NCBI GenBank assembly: GCA_964402285.1
Contig: CAYOAZ010000043.1
Span: 40,524-104,523, forward strand
Source of the DNA: an uncultured Anaerolineae bacterium
GTDB taxonomy: Bacteria > Chloroflexota > Anaerolineae > JAADDB01
Length of the DNA: 64,000 bases
Reading direction: 5' to 3'
The position numbers were made by a program, and so were the translations under genes. Below the pieces are notes generated by a model. The model ran no database searches, was not told the origin of the DNA, and saw nothing but the letters and a program-made list of their open reading frames with translations. The first letter of the stretch is position 1; each line of letters begins with the position of its first letter. Of the stretch, positions 27,236 to 37,397 are shown piece after piece.

Positions 27236-28522
27236 ATGCGTGGGCTCCGTCGTTGGTTGGTCATCTTGACCCTTATAGCGGTGTGTGTAGGGGGTGGGGT
27301 GTTTTGGTATAGTCATAAACACCCTTCCGACCCGTATAAAGCCGCAGCCTATCGCATTGCCCGTCCTTACCGTTTCAGCATTCCCCGGTGGGAAACTAAA
27401 GCCTTACTCTCTGAAGCCTCGGAGCGAATTTTGACTGAAGTCCCGGACTTGAATACGCCCGAGGCCCACGATTTGGTGATAGATTACTTGGCTGTCGCGC
27501 GCGAGATAGGAGGGCTAGAAGGCGAAATAGAACGATTGGCTGCTGAAAGTGGTGATGATCCCTCCACGCAGGCGCGTATTCAAGAACTCCAGGAAGAAGT
27601 GGATAGATTGCGTTTGCTTCAAAAAGAACGTCGCCCCGTAGTAGAACGGATACTGGAAAAGCAAGTGTCTACCATTTTGGCTGAAGAACATTTGGGCTGG
27701 CTGGGGAAGGATTGGCCGCCTATTGCCTTCCAATTTACTGAACCACCTTATTACTTCATCCTGTCACCACGGGATAGGATAGTGCTGCGCGTAGGCATAC
27801 ACTTGAAACCCCAACTTTCCCTCAAAACCCGGGAAGACCTGGAAAACCGGGCAGAACGAGAACTCCCCAATACAAGTGCCTTGGTGGAGGGTATCGGGGG
27901 TTTTTCAACGTGGCCAACCATGATTATTGACCGAGCGAGTTTGGAGTGGGTCTTAAGCACAATCGCACACGAATGGACTCACACTTATCTCATCGCATTC
28001 CCTCTGGGACGCCACTATTACGATAGTCCAGATGTATCCGCTATCAACGAGACGGTTGCTGATTTAGTTGGGAACGAAGTCGGACACAAGGCTCTGAAGC
28101 GCTTTTACCCTGAAAAAGTGCCTCCCACACCGACTCCCACACCTGTTCACACCCAAATTCGCCCCTTGCCAACGCCAACACCGCAACCAACCCCCACATT
28201 TGACTTTACACGCGAGATGCGGATTACACGTGAACACGTAGACGAGTTGCTGGCCCAGGGTAAAGTAGAAGAGGCCGAGGCGTACATGGAGGAAAGACGT
28301 CGTTTTTTCCTGAAGCATGGATACTATATCCGCAAGTTGAATCAGGCGTACTTTGCCTTCCACGGGACGTACCGCACAGGTCCGGCAGCCCCCAAGGAGG
28401 ACCCCATAGGCCCACGTCTGCGCAAATTGCGCGAAGAAAGTCCAACTCTACGTGACTTTCTTCGCGCGGTGCGGGACATCACTTCCCTGGACGATCTTTT
28501 ACGTTTAGTTCCAGAACCCTGA
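27236..28522 (+). CDS. Membrane-anchored putative zinc metallopeptidase (HExxH) with a Pro/Thr linker
   Basis: 'IAHEWTHTYL' HExxH motif, N-terminal TM anchor 'WLVILTLIAVCVGGGVFWY', and a 'TPTPTPVHTQIRPLPTPTPQPTPT' linker. Start ATG at 27236 with AGGAGG 9 nt upstream. The ORF-track GTG at 27185 lies inside the terminator. Confidence 0.6.
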   Translation: MRGLRRWLVILTLIAVCVGGGVFWYSHKHPSDPYKAAAYRIARPYRFSIPRWETKALLSEASERILTEVPDLNTPEAHDLVIDYLAVAREIGGLEGEIERLAAESGDDPSTQARIQELQEEVDRLRLLQKERRPVVERILEKQVSTILAEEHLGWLGKDWPPIAFQFTEPPYYFILSPRDRIVLRVGIHLKPQLSLKTREDLENRAERELPNTSALVEGIGGFSTWPTMIIDRASLEWVLSTIAHEWTHTYLIAFPLGRHYYDSPDVSAINETVADLVGNEVGHKALKRFYPEKVPPTPTPTPVHTQIRPLPTPTPQPTPTFDFTREMRITREHVDELLAQGKVEEAEAYMEERRRFFLKHGYYIRKLNQAYFAFHGTYRTGPAAPKEDPIGPRLRKLREESPTLRDFLRAVRDITSLDDLLRLVPEP

Positions 28523-28646
28523 GGCTATATTCCTAAAGTGGATGCCAGGTTTACCCACACACGTAAGTTGACATAAGAATACTAGTGTAAACCACAATCT
28601 CACCCGAAATTTCTCCCCGCCAACCGTCTTACATTTGCTAAAAGCA

Positions 28647-30008
28647 TTACGCTTCTACTGCCCTCACAGGAGACGGCTCTACAGGCGACCCGGAATGATA
28701 GGGTTGTAACAGGGCTGCTACGTGGGGAGGCACCCGACCGCGCAACCAAGTTCCCCGGTCGGTAAAGCGTTCATCCTCCACAATACCCGTACGGTGAAAT
28801 AAGGCGACCAAATCATTACGGTCGTAGGGAATGTGTACGCTTATAGGCACCAACTGTTCTTGTAAGGCTTCCTCCACTCTGCTGAGGAGTTCTTCAAGCC
28901 CCCATCGATGGGTGGCGGAAATAGGAATTCCCCCCGGAAATTCCCGCACGCGTGCTTCGCGTTCTTCTGGCGGAAGGAGGTCGATTTTATTTAATGCCAT
29001 GACGGTCGGAATGTGGTCGGCTTCTAGTTCCTTCAATACTTGCTGGACGGTTGCAATTTGACTATGCGCTGCAGAATGTGTAATGTCTACCACATGAATG
29101 AGCACATCCGCTTCACGAATCTCCTCTAATGTGGCTCGAAATGCAGCAACCAATTGGGTGGGTAATTTCTGAATAAATCCCACCGTATCTGTCACGAGGA
29201 TCTCCTGCCCTCCGGGCAGGACAACGCGTCGTGTGGTAGGGTCCAAAGTAGCGAAGAGTTTATCATCCGCATATACCTGGGAATCTGTGAGAGCGTTCAA
29301 GAGAGTGGACTTTCCCGCGTTGGTATATCCCACTAAAGAAACTACAGGAATTTCAGCCTCTCTTCGGCGTTTACGATAGAGTTCCCGATGGGCTCGAACC
29401 TCTTCTAATTCTTTACGTAACTGGGCAATGCGCTTCTTAATCTCGCGGCGGTCAACCTCCAACTGGGTTTCGCCAGGACCTCGAAGGCCTACACCGCCGA
29501 TTCCCCCACGTCCTGCTGAACCTCCAGCCTGACGAGCCAGATGGGTCCAGGCCCGCGTTAAGCGGGGCAAACGGTATACATATTGTGCCAATTCGACCTG
29601 AAGCACGCCTTCCTTTGTTTGGGCCCGCTGTGCGAATATGTCTAAAATAAGGGCCGTACGGTCCAGGACCTTGATATCTTCTCCCAAAGCCTCTTCTAGT
29701 TCTCGCTGTTGGCGAGGCGATAACTCCTCATCAAAAATCACCACATTGGCATCTGTAGCCTCGATGAGTCGTTTCAGTTCTTCGAGTTTGCCCTTTCCGA
29801 TCAGCGTAGCAGGATGAGGACGATCCAATTGCTGGGTGATTTCCCCCACCACCTCTAAGCCTGCAGTTTCGGCCAGCCGCGCGAGTTCAGCCATGCTTTC
29901 AGACAGGGTAAAAGGCGAACGTCTGCGACGCCGTTTTACCTCAACACCCACCAAGACGGCTCGCTCTTGCGGATTTTGTGTTGGTAACAGTCGAGTTCTT
30001 TCGCTCAT
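28647..30008 (-). CDS. hflX: GTPase HflX
   Basis: 453 aa. HflX N-terminal domain, Gly-rich linker 'GGIGGVGLRGPGETQLE', G1 'GYTNAGKST', G3 'DTVGF' and G4 'NKID'. Confidence 0.9.
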   Translation of the reverse strand: MSERTRLLPTQNPQERAVLVGVEVKRRRRRSPFTLSESMAELARLAETAGLEVVGEITQQLDRPHPATLIGKGKLEELKRLIEATDANVVIFDEELSPRQQRELEEALGEDIKVLDRTALILDIFAQRAQTKEGVLQVELAQYVYRLPRLTRAWTHLARQAGGSAGRGGIGGVGLRGPGETQLEVDRREIKKRIAQLRKELEEVRAHRELYRKRRREAEIPVVSLVGYTNAGKSTLLNALTDSQVYADDKLFATLDPTTRRVVLPGGQEILVTDTVGFIQKLPTQLVAAFRATLEEIREADVLIHVVDITHSAAHSQIATVQQVLKELEADHIPTVMALNKIDLLPPEEREARVREFPGGIPISATHRWGLEELLSRVEEALQEQLVPISVHIPYDRNDLVALFHRTGIVEDERFTDRGTWLRGRVPPHVAALLQPYHSGSPVEPSPVRAVEA

Positions 30009-30148
30009 CTTCCCTCATATTGCAGTCAGGTTATGTCTACATAATATTGTAGTACATTTGGAAAAAGGAGCCCAAGTTTGAAGTGCGACGGATGTTCACG
30101 TGTTCACCGATAAAATGGCAAGCCTTTCAAAGGCGCTCCATAGGACTT

Positions 30149-30176
30149 TTGACCTATTGATCTTACGTGGTATAAT
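30149..30176 (+). promoter_or_regulatory. Sigma-70-type promoter: TTGACC, 16-nt spacer, extended -10 TGgTATAAT
   Basis: -35 at 30149-30154 and -10 at 30171-30176 with an upstream TG. It sits 18 nt upstream of the 30195 ORF. Confidence 0.5.
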
Positions 30177-30194
30177 GATAACGGAAAGTAGGAC

Positions 30195-31427
30195 GTGATA
30201 AATAACATCGTAGCCTACATCGAGGCAACCATGAATGTACACATTCGACTGATTCTGAGCACGTTTTTACTTGCCCTGAGCCTCCTGGTAGGGCAAGTTG
30301 TAACGCGGCACGGCGATCAGGAAGTGCTCGCGGAAAAGAACCTCCCCCCCATTGAGTTTTATGGTCCTATTGAAGTATTGCCCCCTGGTACCTTAGGTCA
30401 ATGGATTATTGGCACGACACCGGTGGAGGTGACATCAAAAACTCACCTGGACACCACCGCCTCCCCTATAGCCATCCATCGTTGGGTGCGAGTACGTGGT
30501 TATCAGCAGGACAATCGGCTATACGCAAGTCTTATTGTCGTACTTTCTGATAACGACATCCCCCAAACTGTGGATATCCACGGTATTGTTCAAAAAGTAA
30601 CCGGCCAGATATGGCTTGTGTCGGGCCATCAAGTGCGTATATCCCCCACTACTTCTATTGAAGGGAGTGTTTCGCCGCGAGCAGGGGTTGTCGCTTCAGT
30701 GGCAGGTTATCTAGATGGCAACATTATTGTGGCAGAACGAATTACCCTGCGTATGCCCGAAGATGAAGAGCGTGATGTCGAATTCTTGGGTAAACTTGAG
30801 GAAGTAGATGGAACCACGTGGACAGTGAACGGCCTAAAGGTGCGGGTGCCACCTCATGTTAAGGCACCACCAATAGGCAGTCTGGTCGGCATACAGGGGC
30901 ATTTATCCGGTACTCATGTATTGGCAAACCATGTGGCCGTCGATGTTGCTCCCCACATATCCCTGGACGGCTGGATTACCGATGTTCAACCTGAACATTA
31001 TGAATGGCAGGTCCTTGTGCATGAAGGCAACGCCATCCGTTCTGTTCAGGTTCTTCTCGCTCCGGACACCCCTGTGGATGAACGCAATGGCTTAGTCCAG
31101 CCTGGGGCCCGTGTCGAGATTTTAGGACGTGAAAATCCTACAGGAGTAGTGCAGGCAACCTTTGCTCGGGTTTTAGAGCCACGGCACGCTTATGTGACCG
31201 GCACACTTATCTACATTCCAGAGGATCGATTTGCGTATCCGTGGACACTGTTCGTAAACAACACGGATAACGGGACCGAAAAAGAAATCCAAATTCGAGT
31301 ACGTCCAACAACCATCTCGGAACAACCGATAACGGACTTCCGTGTAGGGGAACGGGTGGCTGTTTCCGGTGTTCGCCAAGATGATGGAACCATCGAGGTC
31401 CTCATGATTTCACACAGCAAACGATAA
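30195..31427 (+). CDS. Secreted repeat protein (tandem DUF5666-like beta domains)
   Basis: 410 aa. N-terminal signal-like helix 'IRLILSTFLLALSLLVG' and several similar ~60-aa repeats ('V.G.V..V.G..W.V.G..V.V...T'). The alternative start ATG at 30231 is equally plausible. Confidence 0.5.
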   Translation: MINNIVAYIEATMNVHIRLILSTFLLALSLLVGQVVTRHGDQEVLAEKNLPPIEFYGPIEVLPPGTLGQWIIGTTPVEVTSKTHLDTTASPIAIHRWVRVRGYQQDNRLYASLIVVLSDNDIPQTVDIHGIVQKVTGQIWLVSGHQVRISPTTSIEGSVSPRAGVVASVAGYLDGNIIVAERITLRMPEDEERDVEFLGKLEEVDGTTWTVNGLKVRVPPHVKAPPIGSLVGIQGHLSGTHVLANHVAVDVAPHISLDGWITDVQPEHYEWQVLVHEGNAIRSVQVLLAPDTPVDERNGLVQPGARVEILGRENPTGVVQATFARVLEPRHAYVTGTLIYIPEDRFAYPWTLFVNNTDNGTEKEIQIRVRPTTISEQPITDFRVGERVAVSGVRQDDGTIEVLMISHSKR

Positions 31428-32134
31428 TGTCCAAATACATACGCACAATTCCATTGGAGGTGGTTCGGGCTTCCTACCGTCCTGTCGCGTTTACCCTTCA
31501 GGAACATTTGGCCTCGCTTGTTCAGGAAGAACCTTTACTCCGCCCTCCGTCCTTGGTGGGCGGCCTTGATGTGAGTTACTATGGCCCTCGCGCGCGTGCG
31601 GCAATCGTTGTGATGACTTATCACACTCAGGAAATCGTAGCACATGCTACTTATGAGACCACTACATTTGCACCTTACACGCCAGGGTTACTTGCCTGGC
31701 GCGAACTACCCCTTATGCTGGCCGTGGTAGAACAGTTGGGCTTCCTTCCCGACGTTCTCCTGTGCGATGCTCAAGGACGAGCCCACCCGCGACGTTTGGG
31801 GTTGGCTTCCCATTTGGGAGTGATTCTAAATCATCCCACTATTGGGTGTGCGAAGACCCGCCTGGTGGGCACCTTCGCAGATTTACCGGAATCCCAGGGG
31901 GCTGTTGCCCCCCTCCTTGATCGCGGTGAAGTTATCGGAGCCGTAGTACGTACACGCGCTCATGTAAGACCGGTGTACGTATCAGTAGGGCATCGAATAA
32001 CTCTGGACGAAGCCGTCGACATTGTTGTTCACTTGGCACATTACAGAGTGCCAGAACCTTTACGCATGGCAGATGCACTATCCCGCACCGGACAAATACC
32101 CCAAACGCGGTTCTACCCCCTATCGAGTCCATAA
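31427..32134 (+). CDS. nfi: Endonuclease V (deoxyinosine 3'-endonuclease)
   Basis: 'GGLDVSY', 'LLCDAQGRAHPRRLGLASHLGV' and 'CAKT' are collinear with Nfi. The start overlaps the upstream stop as TAATG. Confidence 0.85.
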   Translation: MSKYIRTIPLEVVRASYRPVAFTLQEHLASLVQEEPLLRPPSLVGGLDVSYYGPRARAAIVVMTYHTQEIVAHATYETTTFAPYTPGLLAWRELPLMLAVVEQLGFLPDVLLCDAQGRAHPRRLGLASHLGVILNHPTIGCAKTRLVGTFADLPESQGAVAPLLDRGEVIGAVVRTRAHVRPVYVSVGHRITLDEAVDIVVHLAHYRVPEPLRMADALSRTGQIPQTRFYPLSSP

Positions 32135-33001
32135 ACGCTTCCACACCTTAAACCGGGAATCCCCCTGATCACTTTGTGTTTCCAGGAAAGCTTTCGTGAT
32201 TTCATATCCTTCCTGGAAAAGGGCTTCGGTTCGACTGAAATCCCAGATAGCTACAGGTTCCGCGGGTAATAGGTGGATGAAATGAACTGGAATGCCCTTT
32301 TCACGTGCCAGGATGAGTTCTAACTCGGTTTGGCGGTAAGACATCAGGTACATCAGGCGCATAAACGTTCCGGTTAAGCCTCGAATTTGTGTTCCAATGA
32401 CGCGGTCGTCGTCCAGGGCTAAGGCGTAAATTTCTTTAGCCCCCCACTCAAGGGCTACTTGAATGGGGACATTACTCACAGAACCACCATCAATTAAAGA
32501 ACGTCCGTTAATGTCCAAGGGAGGAAGCCAGGGAACAAGGGCGGTGGAAGCCAGAATTCCCTCCAGTACTCTATCTTCTGGATTCTCACCGTAGACAACC
32601 ATATCGTACGTGTACATATCTGCAGCCACCATTCCCACGCGAACAGGCAGATCCCGAAAACGTAGTTCAGGGGGAAGGCCATGCTGGAGGAGAAACTCAC
32701 GTAAATGCGCCTGATGAACTTGTGAAGTCCGTCGGAAGAGAGAACGCATAAGAGCCCACCAGGATTGGGAGGGCAAGATATCCGCATCTTTCGCATCACG
32801 CCATGCATCCTCCAGGCGAGCCAGCCCCACTTTGTTTAACCCATACGTAGCCAGAGCCCCCGCATTTAACGCCCCTACCGAGGTGCCGATTAACATATCG
32901 GGCTGTATGTTGGCTTCTAATAGAGCGCGTAGCGCGCCCACTTGCAAAGCACCTCGTGCTCCACCCCCGCCTAACACCACAGCGACACGTTTGCGTGCCA
33001 T
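32120..33001 (-). CDS. Patatin-like phospholipase
   Basis: 'VVLGGGGARGALQVG' oxyanion/glycine motif, 'GTSVG' (GxSxG nucleophile) and a downstream 'DGG' Asp. Confidence 0.8.
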   Translation of the reverse strand: MARKRVAVVLGGGGARGALQVGALRALLEANIQPDMLIGTSVGALNAGALATYGLNKVGLARLEDAWRDAKDADILPSQSWWALMRSLFRRTSQVHQAHLREFLLQHGLPPELRFRDLPVRVGMVAADMYTYDMVVYGENPEDRVLEGILASTALVPWLPPLDINGRSLIDGGSVSNVPIQVALEWGAKEIYALALDDDRVIGTQIRGLTGTFMRLMYLMSYRQTELELILAREKGIPVHFIHLLPAEPVAIWDFSRTEALFQEGYEITKAFLETQSDQGDSRFKVWKRLWTR

Positions 33002-33014
33002 AATTGTGCCTCCC

Positions 33015-35393
33015 CTATGGAACCACGGTGAATTCCACGGTTTCCGTTACGGTAATACCGGTAGGTAAGTGTATTTGGACGTAAAGCGTATGATGACCTT
33101 CAGTAAGAGGCCACCATATCAGGAAAGGTTGTACTTTCCGGCTCCCCAAGGACCGGCCATCCACATAGAAGTCCACCCTACTTCCTTCGGGGGCCTGAAC
33201 CTCTAATGGTAATTTTTGTTCCTTGGCTGGAATATCTTTATCTAGACGATATGTTGCACCATCTTCCGGAGATTGCAAAAAGTGAATGGCTTGCGAGGTT
33301 TTACTCTTGAGGTCAGTCTCAAGGTGTGGCGTGGGAGATGGCCGTTTCTCCGGCGACGTTGTGGGCGTTATTGATAGGAGTGTAAGCGAACGCGCTGAAG
33401 GCTCTGCACGGAGGTAAGAAGTCCCCGCGATGACGATGTCCTCAAAGGGATGCGCACAACGGGTGTTCTGGGAGGGAGGATGAGGACACACACGAATCTG
33501 TTGAATCCCAGGGGGAGGTGCGAATGGTTGAATAGGCATCCCCTTGTGAGCCGCATTCATTACAGCGTGCCATATGGGCGCCGCGCCGGTAAGGCCACTC
33601 AAGTGAATCATGGGCGTGCCATCCCAATTCCCCACCCAAACGCCTGTCACACGTTGAGGTGTGTACCCCAACGTCCACGCATCCCGCCAGTCGGTTGTTG
33701 TACCTGTCTTAACCGCTGCCGGGCGCTCTAATTCCAGAGGAGTGTTAAGTCCAAAGGTGGGTATCCGTGCATATCGGTCGCTCAGGATATCTGTGATTAG
33801 ATAGGCAACTCGCGCATCCAAAACAGGTCGCGAGTTCGGGTCACGGTTCCCATGGTAAGCCGTTAGAAATGGTTTGTGTGGGGCATGGCGAGATACGGAT
33901 AATATGAAACGAGGCGGTACATAAATGCCCCCGCGAGCAAACACCGCATACGCGTTGGTCAGGTCAAGAAGCGTAACTTCTCCTGCCCCCAGGGCCAACG
34001 AGAGCCCAGGATGAGGATGCTCAGCCAAAGAGTGAAGTCCCATATCTCGGCAGAGAGCGAGGAACCGTCGCAGTCCGACGTAATCAAGGGCCTTAACCGC
34101 GGGAACGTTGTAGGAGGCAGCCAGGGCTTCCCGCACAGTGACAATGCCATGCCACTTCAAGTCATAGTTCTGGGGCACATAGCGCTGATGGGTATCGGCA
34201 AATTGGGTAGGCCCGTCCAGAACCAGTGTGGGCGGCGCCCACGGATGTGGTAGTGCGGGATCAAACGCGGCCGCGTAGACAATCGGCTTAATGGCCGATC
34301 CTGGCTGTCGCAGGGCGAGAGTTGTATTAACTGCACCGGCATTCGTCCTATCAAAGTAATTGGGACTCCCTACAAGCGCCAAGACATCCCCAGTGTCCAC
34401 ATCTAAGACAACAACACCCGCGCTTGTAACACGACGTTCCGGTGGTGCATGTGGATCGTGGTTAAGACGGTACAAGTGGGCGTTCACCATGTGTTCCGCT
34501 TGCCGTTGGAGGTCCAGGTCAAGGGTCGTGGTGATGACCCAACCTCCAGTCCGAATAGCTGCTTCACCAAACTGCTCCTCCAGTTGATTCTGAACCATCA
34601 TAACAAAGTGGGGCGCTTGAATAGGGAAAGGGGTGGCTGCGAAGGCTAAAGGTTCTGCTAGAGATCTGGTGTACTCCTCCTCTGAGATCATACCCTCCGC
34701 GTACATACGACGCAGGACAAGGCGCTGACGCTGCTGGGCTTGTTGAGGGTGGACGGTTGGATCCCACACTGCAGGGGCTTGTGGTAAACCGGCAAGCATG
34801 GCACACTGAGCGATATCCAAATTCCGAGCCGAGGTATCAAAATACGCGTGGGCTGCTGCTTCAATACCCACGGCAAAATGACCGTAGTAAGCATGGTTAA
34901 GGTAAAGCGTAAGGATGTCGTCTTTGGAAAGGTGGCGTTCCAATCGAAAAGCGAGCCAGGCTTCCTTCATCTTCCGGCGTAGCGTGCGTTCATACCGCTC
35001 TTCAGGAGAAAGTACAGCAATGCGTATTAACTGTTGAGTAAGTGTACTCGCGCCGGTAAGAGGGGTGCCATGTACGACATGATGGTACACGCTACGGAAT
35101 ATGGCTATCGGGTCTACACCCCAGTGGGCATAAAACCGAGCGTCTTCTGTAGCAATTGTCGCCTGAATACACGCGGGAGCGATATCCGCTAAAGCAACAG
35201 GACGCATCTGTGCCCCCTGGGGATCGGTCCATTCATACAGGAGCCGCCCGTTGCGGTCTAAAATAAGGTTAGACGGGGCTACGGGGAAATGGAGTTCTGG
35301 TGGCGGAAGCAAATACGCGATCAGATAAATTCCGGGCAAAAATAACAGACCAAGGATGAAAATAAAACGCCCTATGCGTCGAATGCGTTTCAT
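33015..35393 (-). CDS. Class A penicillin-binding protein (bifunctional peptidoglycan glycosyltransferase/transpeptidase), with a C-terminal extra domain
   Basis: N-terminal TM anchor, GT51 motifs ('IATEDARFYAHWGVD', 'GASTLTQQL', 'RKMKEAWLA'), transpeptidase 'SAIKP', 'SYN' and 'KTGTT', and a ~130-aa C-terminal beta domain. Confidence 0.85.
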   Translation of the reverse strand: MKRIRRIGRFIFILGLLFLPGIYLIAYLLPPPELHFPVAPSNLILDRNGRLLYEWTDPQGAQMRPVALADIAPACIQATIATEDARFYAHWGVDPIAIFRSVYHHVVHGTPLTGASTLTQQLIRIAVLSPEERYERTLRRKMKEAWLAFRLERHLSKDDILTLYLNHAYYGHFAVGIEAAAHAYFDTSARNLDIAQCAMLAGLPQAPAVWDPTVHPQQAQQRQRLVLRRMYAEGMISEEEYTRSLAEPLAFAATPFPIQAPHFVMMVQNQLEEQFGEAAIRTGGWVITTTLDLDLQRQAEHMVNAHLYRLNHDPHAPPERRVTSAGVVVLDVDTGDVLALVGSPNYFDRTNAGAVNTTLALRQPGSAIKPIVYAAAFDPALPHPWAPPTLVLDGPTQFADTHQRYVPQNYDLKWHGIVTVREALAASYNVPAVKALDYVGLRRFLALCRDMGLHSLAEHPHPGLSLALGAGEVTLLDLTNAYAVFARGGIYVPPRFILSVSRHAPHKPFLTAYHGNRDPNSRPVLDARVAYLITDILSDRYARIPTFGLNTPLELERPAAVKTGTTTDWRDAWTLGYTPQRVTGVWVGNWDGTPMIHLSGLTGAAPIWHAVMNAAHKGMPIQPFAPPPGIQQIRVCPHPPSQNTRCAHPFEDIVIAGTSYLRAEPSARSLTLLSITPTTSPEKRPSPTPHLETDLKSKTSQAIHFLQSPEDGATYRLDKDIPAKEQKLPLEVQAPEGSRVDFYVDGRSLGSRKVQPFLIWWPLTEGHHTLYVQIHLPTGITVTETVEFTVVP

Positions 35394-35397
35394 GCAT

Positions 35398-36753
35398 TCA
35401 CCCTACCAACCACTTACCCAAATGCAACACGAATGATGGAATCAGTCCTGAGACAATAAGTGCCATACTCAACAACCAGAGCGCCCAGCGAGCAACGCCC
35501 TCCTCACGTGGTAACAGTGGTGTTTCCAACGGGCCCCACAAAACAGTTAACGCACGTCCCAGGCCTACAAGGAGCCCCACACTGCCCAGCAACATAAGCC
35601 ACAAGGAGGCATCGTGAACCTTCATGGGCGGCATGATCCAGAGGAGCCACCCGCCGGCAGTAAAAGGCAGGCCAGCCAGGGTTGCAATTCCTAACGTCCA
35701 AAGCAGAACCCCCCAGGTACGACGACGTGCCCACCCTTTTATAGACGACAATGCGGCCGATTGAGTGCCGGACAGCAGCGATATCAAACCGATACTCACA
35801 CTTACGATACCTATAAGGCGGACAGCCATGGTCCAACGGATGACATCCAAGTTGTTGGGGTACATAAGCCAGAGGAGCAGGGTCAGAGCCCAGTTAAAGA
35901 TTAAGGCATATCCCGTTAACCGTCCCACGTGTTGCTGGCTTAATCCCCCCAGCCCGGCCCAGATAAGCGTCATATAAGCCATAACCTTGAGAAAAGGAGC
36001 AGAAGTCCAAAGGGCTTCCCGATACGCGGGAACACCTTCAACACGGGATAGAATAACGAGGAACACAACCGTATGGGTCCACAACCCCCACATCATCCCG
36101 AAAGGTTGGCCCTCCTCAGCCAAGCAGACACTGCCAATGTGGAACGGTGCCAAACTACTGAATCCCAACAAGAATAGCGCGATAAGATGAACGCGCCACG
36201 AAGCAACGTGTGTGATGGCCAGCGTTTCCTCTGCGAGCAACATGAACAAAAGCAGCGTACTGAGTAACGGCAAGAGAAGCCAGGTCCATGCCCTGCGGCT
36301 AAGGGTCGGCCATCCCCCATAGGCAACCGCCAGGACACCGATAGCCCAAATCGCAACACCCCAGCCCCACGCCCACGGCGATGTAACACTTACCGCCAAA
36401 AACGTTGTTATTAAACCTATCCCCCACCAAGGAATCGTCTCATCCAAAGTTGGAAGTGCAAGGATGATTATACTTCCGACTAATGCGTTGACCAGGGCCA
36501 AGTGCATCCCCATACGCGCAGCCGTATCCACATGGAAGACAAGACGACCGATAGTTGTTTGTTTGTCCATGTAAATCACAATGTGACGAAATAATATTAC
36601 TGGTCCATTTACCGGCCACCTATGCACTATCCATATAACAACCACTACTCCAGCGAACCACAAGATAGATCTGGCGCGACGGAAATGTCCAGTTATGCTC
36701 ACGGTGACAAATAATAAAAATAGAATCAGGAGTAGAAAAACAAAACTCCCCAT
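35398..36753 (-). CDS. Polytopic membrane protein of unknown function (about 12 TM), third gene of a membrane trio
   Basis: 451 aa, almost entirely hydrophobic. There is a faint resemblance to the NuoN/MrpD 'PFH...' region ('LAPFHIGSVCLAEEGQPFG'), but the WLPDA signature is absent. It ends 4 nt before the PBP start. Confidence 0.45.
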   Translation of the reverse strand: MGSFVFLLLILFLLFVTVSITGHFRRARSILWFAGVVVVIWIVHRWPVNGPVILFRHIVIYMDKQTTIGRLVFHVDTAARMGMHLALVNALVGSIIILALPTLDETIPWWGIGLITTFLAVSVTSPWAWGWGVAIWAIGVLAVAYGGWPTLSRRAWTWLLLPLLSTLLLFMLLAEETLAITHVASWRVHLIALFLLGFSSLAPFHIGSVCLAEEGQPFGMMWGLWTHTVVFLVILSRVEGVPAYREALWTSAPFLKVMAYMTLIWAGLGGLSQQHVGRLTGYALIFNWALTLLLWLMYPNNLDVIRWTMAVRLIGIVSVSIGLISLLSGTQSAALSSIKGWARRRTWGVLLWTLGIATLAGLPFTAGGWLLWIMPPMKVHDASLWLMLLGSVGLLVGLGRALTVLWGPLETPLLPREEGVARWALWLLSMALIVSGLIPSFVLHLGKWLVG

Positions 36754-37388
36754 TACCTTCTTTCTCCAATTCTGAGGATAGAGTACACATACGCACTATG
36801 GCTCGCTACGCCCATACCACCGATTAATCCCACGGATAAATCCAGAATTGTGAACAAGATAAACCAATCTGTCGGCACAGGTAAAGCGGCCAAAATAAAA
36901 AGGGCCGCGTTGAATACAGATAACAGACCCAAAGTTCCGTGAAGAATATCGCCACCGGTTGTCAGGAGAACGAATCCGCTTCCGAGAAAAATAAGAACCG
37001 CGTGAAGCATTGGCGTTGGAATAGAGATGAAGGAAAAGTATGTATATGATTGCCAAATCACCAGCGCCACAATAATCAATAGCGGTACCCTTATTGTCAG
37101 ACTGTACGGAGCGAGACGGTGCACGTTTTTAGGCCATCTATGGGCCCCAAACCACATTATCGCTCCTTCCAAAGCCATAGCGATAGTACGACTTAACGCC
37201 CAGGGTAATGGCCAAACAATAAGTAATAGCAATCCGCTACACATGCTCATTCCTGCCCAACCCAGGAGCGAAAGTCGCCAGTCGTCCCACAGAACGACAA
37301 AGAGGGCGCTGAAAAGCATTAAGAGGAGGAGAAGCGTACTGTGTTGTGACGTGAAGATAGTTATGTGATAAGCGTTTAAAGGATTCAT
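36753..37388 (-). CDS. Polytopic membrane protein of unknown function (about 6 TM), second gene of the trio
   Basis: 211 aa and hydrophobic. It overlaps the next gene by 1 nt. Confidence 0.45.
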   Translation of the reverse strand: MNPLNAYHITIFTSQHSTLLLLLMLFSALFVVLWDDWRLSLLGWAGMSMCSGLLLLIVWPLPWALSRTIAMALEGAIMWFGAHRWPKNVHRLAPYSLTIRVPLLIIVALVIWQSYTYFSFISIPTPMLHAVLIFLGSGFVLLTTGGDILHGTLGLLSVFNAALFILAALPVPTDWFILFTILDLSVGLIGGMGVASHSAYVYSILRIGERR

Positions 37389-37397
37389 CGCGATCCC

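Noticed and set aside
27096-35000. Genomic island at tRNA-Glu
   Set aside because: There is no integrase or recombinase, no repeat of the tRNA 3' end, and the downstream genes (hflX, nfi, PBP) are core housekeeping.
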